DNA of 64,000 nt, taken from Minisyncoccia bacterium. Its GTDB lineage: Bacteria; Patescibacteriota; Minisyncoccia; Phycocordibacterales; UBA9973. Positions 33,870 through 43,263 of this stretch are shown here, piece after piece. The stretch is from the NCBI GenBank assembly GCA_038249055.1, contig JBBRWS010000005.1:1822-65821 (forward strand), in the 5' to 3' direction. Every line of letters begins with the position of its first letter. Positions within the stretch are counted from its first letter, which is position 1. The position numbers and the translations under genes were made by a program. The notes under the pieces are model-generated. The model was not told the DNA's origin. It did not search any database and saw only the letters and a program-made list of their open reading frames with translations.

Positions 33870-34763
33870 TTATTGCAAAATTAAAGAAATTTTTTCTAGG
33901 TCAGAAGCAAGGGCGTCGCTATAATTCTTATAATTTAAAATTGCTTTCATTCCAAGAATTGGATCAGATAACACTTTTGATAAATCTAATATTGATTGAC
34001 CAGTTTTTTCATAATTATTTGCAGCACTTAAATGAGCAGGAATTAAAGATCTAGGAACAGATAATCCTATCATATTGTCACCAAAAGATTGATATGCACG
34101 AGCTACTGTAATTGCTGCATATAGTGCCTGTTCGTCTTGATTACTTATTCCCTGGATAATAAATGTTAGTTCACTGCCTATATCAGAATTAGAATATTTG
34201 CTTACAAGACCACCCAATTCATCATGATATGTGTTAAAAGATTCTTCTGAATCACTTACTACTGTTAGCATTTTTACTTCATACATATCAGGAATAGGAG
34301 TAGGTGAAACATTTTGTCCCAAAGCTTCTGAAACCGAGTTCATTGATTCCTCGTTTAATTCTCCTGTTTGTTGTAGTGAAATAATTGTTGCAAAAAATTG
34401 CCTAGAAAGTAAATCATTGTCGGTTATTGATTCTGAATCATCCATGTTTGTTATTATCCCATTTTGTTCAAGAGTTTTTTTCTTTGCTAGTATAAACTCT
34501 TTATTTTCGGGGCCACTTTTAGTAGGATCTAATCCCCATAAGTATTCCTCATAATCCGGAATACCATTTTTATTACTATCCTTTTGTGAAATACTTTCAG
34601 GAGTTCCAATAGTTAGTTTTATCGGTTCATTGTTTGTGGTATTTTTATTATTAAAAAAAGAAATTATTCCTCTAACTGTGAAAAATAAGATTATAATTAC
34701 AGCAATAATTAGGATTAATGTTATGAATTTTTTACTTGGAAGATAATTTTTATAATTATTCAT
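33870..34763 (-). CDS. Membrane-anchored hypothetical protein (first gene of the minus-strand cluster)
   Basis: 297 aa; single N-terminal TM. Confidence 0.4.
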   Translation of the reverse strand: MNNYKNYLPSKKFITLILIIAVIIILFFTVRGIISFFNNKNTTNNEPIKLTIGTPESISQKDSNKNGIPDYEEYLWGLDPTKSGPENKEFILAKKKTLEQNGIITNMDDSESITDNDLLSRQFFATIISLQQTGELNEESMNSVSEALGQNVSPTPIPDMYEVKMLTVVSDSEESFNTYHDELGGLVSKYSNSDIGSELTFIIQGISNQDEQALYAAITVARAYQSFGDNMIGLSVPRSLIPAHLSAANNYEKTGQSILDLSKVLSDPILGMKAILNYKNYSDALASDLEKISLILQ

Positions 34764-34850
34764 ATTATGATTAGCTCTAGAAAAAATAAAGAAAAGTAGT
34801 AAATTTCAGAAGTTTTACTACTTGATTATACAACTTAATATTTAAATATC

Positions 34851-35711
34851 CTAAATATCTGTGGATAAATAGCGTGATATTTCAAGCCAAATTTCAAATT
34901 TTATATCTTCAGCGCGGGCTTTTGAGTTTATTTTTAATTTTTCAAAAATTTCATCTATTTGACCGGGGGTTTTTTGAAAAAATTCAAGATTTTTACGAAG
35001 AACTTTTCTTTTGTGCGCAAAACCCGCTTTAATTATATTAAAAAAGTTTTTTTCATCGTAATTATCCTTAAAATTAGCCTTAGAAATATTGGTTATTGCG
35101 ATAATTGCAGAATCCACCTTTGGTGCCGGGTTAAAAAATCTTTTGGCTACTTTCATCATATACTTTGGGGTTCCATAGGTTTTTACGCTTAAAGACAAGA
35201 TACTTTCTTTCCCGTTACGCGCAACAATACGCTCGGCAACCTCTTTTTGCACCAAAAGCACCATTGTTTTTGGTTGTTCTGTTGAAGATAAAAACTTTTT
35301 GAAGATTGCCCCCGTAATATTGTACGGGATGTTTGCAATTATTTTATATTGCCCACTTTTTAAACCATAATTTTTTACATCTATTTCTAAAATATCTCCA
35401 TTTATAAGTTCTAGTTTTCCGCTTTTTATTTCTGATGAAAATTTTTCTTTTAAAAAATCAAAGAGTTCCCTGTCTTTTTCTATTGCTAAAACTTTTTGAG
35501 CAACAAGGAGAAGTTTTGTTGTTAGTGCACCTTTACCGGGACCGATTTCGAGAACCACATCATGGTTGTTCACTTCTCCTGCTTCACACATTTTTTTAAG
35601 AGCAGGTTCAGATTTTAGAAAATTTTGTCCCAAAGACTTTTTAGCGTGAAAAGAAGAAGTTTCGTTGTGAAACTTTTTTATTTCAAATGACTTTTTTTCT
35701 TTGTGAAACAT
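34851..35711 (-). CDS. rsmA: 16S rRNA (adenine1518/1519-N6)-dimethyltransferase KsgA/RsmA
   Basis: SLGQNFL motif near the N-terminus when started at MFHKEKK (ATG at 35711); SAM-binding VLEIGPGKGALT; the track ORF extends 12 codons further to 35747. Confidence 0.8.
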   Translation of the reverse strand: MFHKEKKSFEIKKFHNETSSFHAKKSLGQNFLKSEPALKKMCEAGEVNNHDVVLEIGPGKGALTTKLLLVAQKVLAIEKDRELFDFLKEKFSSEIKSGKLELINGDILEIDVKNYGLKSGQYKIIANIPYNITGAIFKKFLSSTEQPKTMVLLVQKEVAERIVARNGKESILSLSVKTYGTPKYMMKVAKRFFNPAPKVDSAIIAITNISKANFKDNYDEKNFFNIIKAGFAHKRKVLRKNLEFFQKTPGQIDEIFEKLKINSKARAEDIKFEIWLEISRYLSTDI

Positions 35712-35732
35712 AATTATATAGTAGCACTTTTG

Positions 35733-35769
35733 GAGGTCCAACCTCAAATTGGCTTCGGAGGTTGTACCT
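35733..35769 (-). other. 13-bp imperfect stem-loop (GAGGTACAACCTC ... GAGGTTGGACCTC on the minus strand) between the uvrD stop and the rsmA start
   Basis: Not followed by a U-run; more likely a processing or attenuation structure than an intrinsic terminator. Confidence 0.35.
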
Positions 35770-37719
35770 CTATAAATAAACTATTTTTTCTCGGCCAGAA
35801 TTGTGTGCTTGTTCAAAGACCGTGAGATGTGCAGGAATGTCATAAATAAATTCACTGGGTTGATTTACTTGTTTCATTCCATAAATTGTACGGAGGGTGG
35901 CGTAAGATAAAAATAATTTTTCTCTTGCACGAGTGATGGCTACATAAAATAATCTTCTCTCTTCTTCTGTGTCCTCTTTTCTTTTCATACGATCTTTAAT
36001 ATGAGGAAAAAGATCTTGTTCTAATCCAGTAATAAAAACATATTTAAATTCTAATCCCTTTGAAGCATGAACAGTCATTAGTCTCACACCCCTACCTTTA
36101 TTTTCATGCATAAGTGTATCTTGATCACTTGATAAAGATGCATCTTCGAGAAGTTTTTCCATTCCTATTCCATCTGGTAAATTATCATATTTAATAGCTA
36201 GAGTTACTAATTCCATCATATTTTCCAAGCGTTCTTGCTCGTCTGTAGTACCATGAGATAATTCATCTTTTATTCCACTTTTTTCTATTACGTATCTAAT
36301 TGATTCCGAAGGTTTGTGTGTTTCTACATAATTATGAATATCATCAACTATTTTATAAAAATTATTAATTTTTTCTTGAGTACCACGTGGTAACTCATTC
36401 ATTTGGTTTGCAAAAAGTTTTGCAATTGTAACCTTACCTATTCCTCGAGCGGGAATATTTATTATTCTTTTAATGTCCGATAAACCCTCCTTGTTATAAG
36501 AGACACGTATATATGCAAGTACATCTTTAATCTCTTTACGTTCAAAAAACTTAACACCAAGAACTTGATAAGGAATTTGTTTATCAAGTAGTGCTTCTTC
36601 TATTACTCGGGATTGGAAGTTGGCACGATAAAGAATTGCAATATTTTCAGGGTCATTATTTTTTAATAATTCATCTATTTTTGATGCAACAAAAGAAGCT
36701 TCACTTTGTTCGTCAAAAGCTTCACAAATACTAATCTCTTCACCTGCGACATTTTCTGTAAATAAAATTTTAGGAACACGATATTGATTCTTTTCTATAA
36801 TACTATTTGCAGCCTCAATAATATTTTTTGTTGAACGATAATTTTGTTCTAATAAAATTATTTTTGCTGTAGGAAAATCTTTTTCAAAATGAAGCATGTT
36901 TTTAATATTTGCTCCACGCCAGCTATAAATGTTTTGGTCAGTATCACCAACAACACAAATATTTTCCTCTTTTCCTACTAATAGTTTTGTCATCTCATAT
37001 TGAACTTCATTTGTATCCTGATACTCATCAATATGAAGATACTTCCATCTAGCTTGATAGCGAAGTTTTACTTCCGGATATTTTTTTAGTATTAAAACAC
37101 TTTCAAGTAATAAATCATCAAAATCTAAAGCCTTTTCTTTTTTGAGCTGAGCTTCATAATCACGCCATATAACAGATACAATACTCTGCACTGCACTATT
37201 CACATTATCACTAAAAGTATCTACAGTTATAAAATCACCTTTTGATTTAGAAATAATAGATTTGATTTTTCTTGGCTCGTGTTGTTTTGGGTCAATGTCA
37301 CGCACCTTCATAATATTTTTAATAATACTCAAAGCACCACCTTCATCCATAATTGTAAAGTATTTATTTAATCCAATTAAATGAGAATTTTCTTTTATTA
37401 TATGCACCCCAAGAGAATGAAAAGTAGAGACAAATGGCACATTATCTGTATTACCAAAATTATCTTTTTTGATATCATTTCCATGAATTGGCTCGTTTAA
37501 CATAGTCATTATTCTATCCCGCATCTCCTTTGAAGCTTTATTTGTGAATGTTACTGCCAGAATGGACTGTGGATCTATTCCCTTGTGTATAAGGTGTATT
37601 ATTCGATGAGTTATTGTTTTAGTTTTTCCTGCCCCTGCTCCAGCTACAATTAAAAGTGGTCCTTCTGTGTAAAGAACGGCTTCTTTTTGTTTTTCATTTA
37701 AAGAATCAAGATATTTCAT
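35770..37719 (-). CDS. pcrA: UvrD/PcrA/Rep-family DNA helicase
   Basis: 649 aa; Walker A AGAGAGKT, helicase motifs II-VI (DEYQDT, ..GDTDQNIYSWRGA, VTFHSLG...), C-terminal motif region. Confidence 0.88.
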   Translation of the reverse strand: MKYLDSLNEKQKEAVLYTEGPLLIVAGAGAGKTKTITHRIIHLIHKGIDPQSILAVTFTNKASKEMRDRIMTMLNEPIHGNDIKKDNFGNTDNVPFVSTFHSLGVHIIKENSHLIGLNKYFTIMDEGGALSIIKNIMKVRDIDPKQHEPRKIKSIISKSKGDFITVDTFSDNVNSAVQSIVSVIWRDYEAQLKKEKALDFDDLLLESVLILKKYPEVKLRYQARWKYLHIDEYQDTNEVQYEMTKLLVGKEENICVVGDTDQNIYSWRGANIKNMLHFEKDFPTAKIILLEQNYRSTKNIIEAANSIIEKNQYRVPKILFTENVAGEEISICEAFDEQSEASFVASKIDELLKNNDPENIAILYRANFQSRVIEEALLDKQIPYQVLGVKFFERKEIKDVLAYIRVSYNKEGLSDIKRIINIPARGIGKVTIAKLFANQMNELPRGTQEKINNFYKIVDDIHNYVETHKPSESIRYVIEKSGIKDELSHGTTDEQERLENMMELVTLAIKYDNLPDGIGMEKLLEDASLSSDQDTLMHENKGRGVRLMTVHASKGLEFKYVFITGLEQDLFPHIKDRMKRKEDTEEERRLFYVAITRAREKLFLSYATLRTIYGMKQVNQPSEFIYDIPAHLTVFEQAHNSGREKIVYL

Positions 37720-38120
37720 GAGTAGTATTGTAGCATTTTATTTGTGAATTTAGTTTTGATTTAAAAATATTTTATTGCTTTACCCTTTTTTGAATTTTTG
37801 GCTAAATTTTTCATATGTGTTCTAATAAATAAACTGTGGATTACTTTATTGACTATGAAACTTATCTGAGATACCCTTATATGTAGGACCTCTAACAAGG
37901 GTTCTAAAGTACTGAAATCTCATAAAAAGCTTTATATTATAAGCTTTCTCAGAAAAGATTGTAACAATTATACTAACTTTACTTACAATTACAGCTCTCG
38001 CTTATAGCGGTCGCACTGTGATTCCTAATCGAGGGGTAGGATAGTACAATTACTTAACTTAGGCTTATTCAACAAAAAATAAAAGATTCTAAAGACAGTC
38101 CCTATAGAGGATATCTTAAG

Positions 38121-39233
38121 ATGAAAATATCGTTATTTTCCAAGCCTTATATCAATAAGGTCTATTCTTTTTTATTAATGATTACTTTGATGAGTGGTAC
38201 TCCTTTGTTCGCTAGTGCAAACTGGATTTCCGATTTTTTTACAGGAGAACAAGTCCAAGCTAGTGATGAAGTTGTGGATATAGATAATACCGGTACAGAT
38301 TCAAATTTACAAAATATGGACCTATTTAATTCTGAATCATCGGTTAATCCTGACAGAAAAAATATTGATGAACAAAAAGATAAAGTTATAGTTCAAGAAG
38401 ATTCTTTTATCTACAGTGATGGATTGTTTGGTTCAGATGTAAGTTTTGAGAAAAGTCCACTTTCTGACCAAATTAACGTCTATACAGTAAAAGAAGGCGA
38501 TACTATATCTGAGATAGCAGAATTATTTAACATATCTATAAATACTATCCGCTGGGAAAACAATATATCTGGTCAAAATATCTCAGTTGGACAGAAACTC
38601 AACATTCTACCAGTTACCGGTGTTAAATATATTATAAAAAGTGGTGATACTATAAGTAAAATAGCAGATATACATGAGGCGGAAACAGAGGATATTTATA
38701 TCTTTAATGATATAACAAAAGATAGTGTTCTTAAAAAAGGAGATGTCATCTTTGTGCCAAACGGTATTATTAAGCCAGTTGTTGTAAAGAAGACACCTTC
38801 TACTACTCCAAGTAAGGTATCCCCTTCAAATACTAAAATTCAATCAGGTTATTATATGAGGCCAGTTGTTGGAATTACCACCTCACCATATGGCTCAAGA
38901 CGTGGAGGATTCCATGCAGGAGTTGATATTGGGAACAAGAGAGGAACACCGGTAGTAGCTGCTGCTTCAGGTTTAGTTGTTAAGGTTGTAAGTGGTTGTG
39001 TAGAAGGAAGAACAAGTTGTGGTGGACGTTACGGAAATTATATTGAGATAGAACATTCAAATGGTACTAAAACCATTTATGCTCACCTAAGTAAGGTCTC
39101 TGTAAGGGTAGGCCAAACAGTTTCAGCAGGTTCACATATTGGTTCTCTCGGTAATACAGGTAGGTCTACCGGCCCACACCTACACTTTGAAATAGAAAAT
39201 TCAAATGGTTCAAAGATGAGACCTTCATTTTAA
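38121..39233 (+). CDS. Cell-wall endopeptidase: two LysM domains + M23 (LytM) peptidase domain
   Basis: 370 aa; signal/TM; LysM repeats (YTVKEGDTISEIA..., YIIKSGDTISKIA...); M23 motifs HAGVDIG ... HSNG...YAHL ... GNTGRSTGPHLHFE. Confidence 0.88.
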   Translation: MKISLFSKPYINKVYSFLLMITLMSGTPLFASANWISDFFTGEQVQASDEVVDIDNTGTDSNLQNMDLFNSESSVNPDRKNIDEQKDKVIVQEDSFIYSDGLFGSDVSFEKSPLSDQINVYTVKEGDTISEIAELFNISINTIRWENNISGQNISVGQKLNILPVTGVKYIIKSGDTISKIADIHEAETEDIYIFNDITKDSVLKKGDVIFVPNGIIKPVVVKKTPSTTPSKVSPSNTKIQSGYYMRPVVGITTSPYGSRRGGFHAGVDIGNKRGTPVVAAASGLVVKVVSGCVEGRTSCGGRYGNYIEIEHSNGTKTIYAHLSKVSVRVGQTVSAGSHIGSLGNTGRSTGPHLHFEIENSNGSKMRPSF

Positions 39234-39256
39234 TTCTAAATTTTAAATACAAATAA

Positions 39257-39287
39257 ATCCCCCGAAGTGAAGTCTCGGGGGATTTTG
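39257..39287 (+). terminator. Intrinsic terminator after the LysM-M23 gene (ATCCCCCGA-loop-TCGGGGGAT + T-run)
   Basis: 9-bp GC-rich stem followed by TTTTG. Confidence 0.7.
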
Positions 39288-39349
39288 ATAGGGCTATCTC
39301 TTTGGTTGTGTTTTTGTCATAGAGGTTTATTTTCAACCTCAGACCTCTT

Positions 39350-39949
39350 TTAAAGAGCGCTTGTTTTTTTTCTTTTACAAATTTTTTCAATCATAGATAT
39401 TCTCTTTTTAAGAATTGGGTGCAAGATTTCATTACGATAAGAATTAATAAAATCTTGAGCAAAAACTTTTTCCCAATTATCTTCATAAAAGAAGGCCTGT
39501 TCAATTGATTGGTATTTGTCTATTTCTTTAGCAAAGATGGAATTTTTGTCTTCTCCTTTTTCAAACCGAAGCCAGAGATTAAACATTTCTTTTCCCTTAA
39601 ATCCAAGCGGCTTTGTAATTTCAAGCATGGCAGCAAATTCACGTTTGAATTTTTCAGCTTTTAGACGTTTCTTTTCTTCAGGGTCATTAGTTACAATAAC
39701 TTCATCCCCGTTAATTTTTTCTGGATAATCATGAACTTCAAGTATATCTAGAATTTCTGAAATATCATTATTTGAAAATTCTGTAAGATAAATTATTAGT
39801 TCACAAACTAATTCTCTACAAGAGGTGGTGTGTTTTTGGACTGATTCAGGGTTTTTGACTCCTCTTCTTACCCAACCCTCTCTATGTATTTCGTCTAGAG
39901 CATTCCAAACATCAGGAACAATTTTTGCGTACTTAAGTTCAGAGTTCAT
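39350..39949 (-). CDS. HD-domain phosphohydrolase (YfbR-like 5'-deoxynucleotidase family)
   Basis: 199 aa; H...H ... HD..E ... D spacing (QKHTTS ... EVHDYPEKINGD). Confidence 0.55.
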   Translation of the reverse strand: MNSELKYAKIVPDVWNALDEIHREGWVRRGVKNPESVQKHTTSCRELVCELIIYLTEFSNNDISEILDILEVHDYPEKINGDEVIVTNDPEEKKRLKAEKFKREFAAMLEITKPLGFKGKEMFNLWLRFEKGEDKNSIFAKEIDKYQSIEQAFFYEDNWEKVFAQDFINSYRNEILHPILKKRISMIEKICKRKKTSAL

Positions 39950-40045
39950 AAAGATAAATTTTAATGATTTTTCTTTAGATTACTTTTTACTAAACAATTT
40001 GTCAATTGAATGTTTTAGTTTATTTTGTCTGTGTTTTAATTGTTA

Positions 40046-41635
40046 TTAATTTATTTCTCTTGGTCTATATTGAAGTGCTTCTAGTATATGTGATGTTAAA
40101 ATATTTTCACTTCCAGATAAATCTGCAATAGTACGAGCAAGTTTTATTGTGCGATGATATGCACGGGCAGAAAGTTGTAAACGCTCCGCACTTTGATTTA
40201 GTATTTTTTTTGTTTCATCAGAAAGAGGAGCATATATATTTAATTCCTTAACATTAATTTCACTATTGGTATTTATTTTTCTTGTAGAACCTTTAAATCT
40301 TTTTGTTTGAATATCTCGGGCATTTTTTACTCTTTCTTTTATTGTTTCTGTTTTATCACCTTCTTGAATATTACTTGAAAGTTTTTCATAATCTACATTT
40401 CCAACTGTGACCCAGATATCAATGCGGTCCATAATGGGACCTGAAAGTTTTCTTTTATATCTATCTAAATCATTGGGTTTACAAATACAATCTTTTTGTT
40501 TACTTCCCTTATTGCCACAAGGGCACGGATTCATAGCTGCAACTAAAATAAAATTTGATGGGAAAATAGCTGAACCCCGAGCACGGGAAATGGAAACAAT
40601 ATTATCTTCAAGGGGTTGGCGTAATGATTCTAAAACTCTTTTTTCAAATTCAGGAAATTCATCAAGAAAAAGAACTCCCTTGTGAGCAAGGGTTACTTCT
40701 CCCGGTTTTGGGTTTGCTCCACCACCAATCATCGATACATAGCTCGCGGTGTGATGAGGGGCACGAAATGGTGATTCGGTTAGAAGCGTGTCTTCTAACA
40801 GCCCCACAATTGAATGTATCCCAGTAACTTCAAGACAGTCCTCTGTATTTAAATCTGGAAGTATATGAGAAAAAACACGAGCCAGCATTGTTTTACCAGT
40901 TCCTGGAGGCCCAGACATTGCAATATTATGACCACCTGCTGCAGCAATTTCTAATCCACGTTTTGCACCTTCTTGACCTTTAATATCAGAAAAATCTATA
41001 TTACTATTTTTTTCCTTCCTTTTAATTTCTGTTTTTGGAAATGGTGATAATTTTGGTTTTTCTTTTTCTAATAAATTTCCATTTCTATCTTTTTTGCAAA
41101 TATAAATATGATCTATTACTTCTTTTAAATTTTTAGCACCATAAATTGTTATCCCTTCTACAAGAGCAGCTTCATTAGCATTTTCATATGGTAAAAATAT
41201 TTCTTTATAACCCAATTTTTTGGCTTCTTGAGTAAGAGGTAATGCTCCTTTTATTGGACGTAATTCACCATTGAGGGATAACTCCCCCAAGAAAATTCTT
41301 CCTTCCGGGTTAAAATTTATATCTTCTGCTGAAAGAAGGTATGCAAGAGCGATAGCTAAATCAAAATAAGGACCTTCTTTTTTAAGGTCGGCAGGAGAAA
41401 GAGAAATAACTATTTTTTGATTCTGATTTTTAGGAGAATTAAACCCAGAATTTTTTAAAGCAGAACTCATTCGGTCTTTTGATTCATCGACAGCTTTATC
41501 TGGTAGACCAACAAGAGTAAAAGAATGCAAAGTTTTTTTGGTAATATCTATTTCAACAGTAACGATTTTGCCTTTTAATAAATTTGTTTGAGCCGAGTAT
41601 ATTCTTGAAAATGACATGTAAATATAAAAACCCAA
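40046..41635 (-). CDS. comM: Mg-chelatase-family AAA+ protein ComM/YifB (Lon-like N-terminal domain + ChlI ATPase)
   Basis: 529 aa; Walker A MSGPPGTGKTMLAR, Walker B LFLDEFPEF, C-terminal ChlI-like region. Confidence 0.85.
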   Translation of the reverse strand: MGFYIYMSFSRIYSAQTNLLKGKIVTVEIDITKKTLHSFTLVGLPDKAVDESKDRMSSALKNSGFNSPKNQNQKIVISLSPADLKKEGPYFDLAIALAYLLSAEDINFNPEGRIFLGELSLNGELRPIKGALPLTQEAKKLGYKEIFLPYENANEAALVEGITIYGAKNLKEVIDHIYICKKDRNGNLLEKEKPKLSPFPKTEIKRKEKNSNIDFSDIKGQEGAKRGLEIAAAGGHNIAMSGPPGTGKTMLARVFSHILPDLNTEDCLEVTGIHSIVGLLEDTLLTESPFRAPHHTASYVSMIGGGANPKPGEVTLAHKGVLFLDEFPEFEKRVLESLRQPLEDNIVSISRARGSAIFPSNFILVAAMNPCPCGNKGSKQKDCICKPNDLDRYKRKLSGPIMDRIDIWVTVGNVDYEKLSSNIQEGDKTETIKERVKNARDIQTKRFKGSTRKINTNSEINVKELNIYAPLSDETKKILNQSAERLQLSARAYHRTIKLARTIADLSGSENILTSHILEALQYRPREIN

Positions 41636-41665
41636 AATAATAAATACTTTGGGTTTTTAATAAAG

Positions 41666-42028
41666 TTAAATAATTTTATCCATACACTCTTTACAAGTTT
41701 TTGAAGCTGGGTTTACTTCTAAACGATCTTCTTCAATTTCTTTTTTACAATTTTCACAAATTCCAAAATTTTCTCCGCTAATCTTTCCTAGAGCTTTGTT
41801 TATATCTTCAAGTCTTGTTTCAAGAGAATTTAATTTAAGAGAACGTTCCTCGTAATCTTCGGCCCGCTCTGCCATGTCAGCCTCATCTTGTACTTCCTGA
41901 GTACTCATATCAGCTTCTGGGGTTGCTTCCCAATCACCAGTTTTATCTACCTTGCCAAGAGAGCTTAGCTCATCTTCTAGTAATTTCTTTTCTTCTTCTA
42001 ATTTTGTTTTGTAATTATTTGCATTCAT
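41666..42028 (-). CDS. DksA/TraR-family C4 zinc-finger protein (general stress protein 16O-like)
   Basis: 120 aa; N-terminal coiled coil; C-terminal CENCKK...CKEC four-Cys finger. Confidence 0.6.
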   Translation of the reverse strand: MNANNYKTKLEEEKKLLEDELSSLGKVDKTGDWEATPEADMSTQEVQDEADMAERAEDYEERSLKLNSLETRLEDINKALGKISGENFGICENCKKEIEEDRLEVNPASKTCKECMDKII

Positions 42029-42171
42029 TCTGTAGTGAAAAATGGATTATAGATTTCCCATTTTTTATTAATATTAATAGACTTTAAATTTATTCCTAAA
42101 ATTTTTAATCCCATTTTTTACTAAAGGATTAACATTTATATATTAACAATTTATAAAATAAATAACAATAA

Positions 42172-43077
42172 TTACAATACTGGAGCATTTTTTGTAATCA
42201 GTCTTGTAATTATTTCTCTTAATGTTTCTATGTTGTTAGTAATTACGAAATTATTTTTATTAACAAAAGTATAATAAAGTATTCCTTCCCCGCTCTCTCC
42301 ATATAGGACACGAGCATCTTTGTTGTTTACTATAATATCCTTCCATTCTTTTTCAAATAACTCAGAGTTTGATTCTGGTATATTAATATTAAAAAGAATA
42401 TATAAATCACTTAACATATTTTTTTCCCAATCGAGCATAGACGCATAAGCAAGACTGTAGTCAGTAGTTTGAAAAATTAAAAATATAGTTGACTCACTAT
42501 TTAAAGCGCCAACATTCATATTTGAATATTTACCAACAAGATATTTATCTGATAGCGACCTTGTTAGTGCCCCAGGAGCACGGGCCCCAATTAATGAAAG
42601 AAAATTATTAGACGTTATTATTTCTGATAAGCCGTTTATTTTTTTTATAGGGAATAATGCTTTTACTAAACCAGGCCCAGCTAAAGATGATTGTTTGATT
42701 GTGTTTGAAATCTCACTAATATTTTTTGAATTAGTTATATCTATATTTTCATGAGAATCATAAGCAATGAAAGTATCGATGTCTTTTGTAATGCTTACTG
42801 GGGTTTCCTCGGCCTTCTTTTTTTGAATTAAAAAATAAGAACCAAATAGAGCTGCTGCGATTAAAATAACTCCTCCTATTATTAGGAAAATTTTTGAAGT
42901 GTTTGTTCCCTCTGCCTCTTTGTAGATTTCTTCTCGTTCTCTTTTATCTTTTTCAGCGAGGGCAATTTTAATAACAGATACTTCATTGGTTCTGATTACA
43001 TCTGCCATATCTGAAGTATAGGTTCTTAGGGTTTTTATATCTTTTTCGCTATTTAGTTGTGTTTTATTTTCTTCCAT
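42172..43077 (-). CDS. Membrane-anchored hypothetical protein
   Basis: 301 aa; single TM at residues about 62-85. Confidence 0.4.
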   Translation of the reverse strand: MEENKTQLNSEKDIKTLRTYTSDMADVIRTNEVSVIKIALAEKDKREREEIYKEAEGTNTSKIFLIIGGVILIAAALFGSYFLIQKKKAEETPVSITKDIDTFIAYDSHENIDITNSKNISEISNTIKQSSLAGPGLVKALFPIKKINGLSEIITSNNFLSLIGARAPGALTRSLSDKYLVGKYSNMNVGALNSESTIFLIFQTTDYSLAYASMLDWEKNMLSDLYILFNINIPESNSELFEKEWKDIIVNNKDARVLYGESGEGILYYTFVNKNNFVITNNIETLREIITRLITKNAPVL

Positions 43078-43263
43078 ATTGTAGTAAAAATGAAATTATC
43101 TCTTTATCATTTTAATTATTTTTTTAACAATAATTTACTTTATTTGTTAAAACAAAACTTACATCCCTATTCTAACATAATTGTAATTGTTTTTTATTTT
43201 TAAATTTAATTTTTATTAATTTAAATTACTTTATAAGCAGTTTAAATTGATAAAATAATTAAT

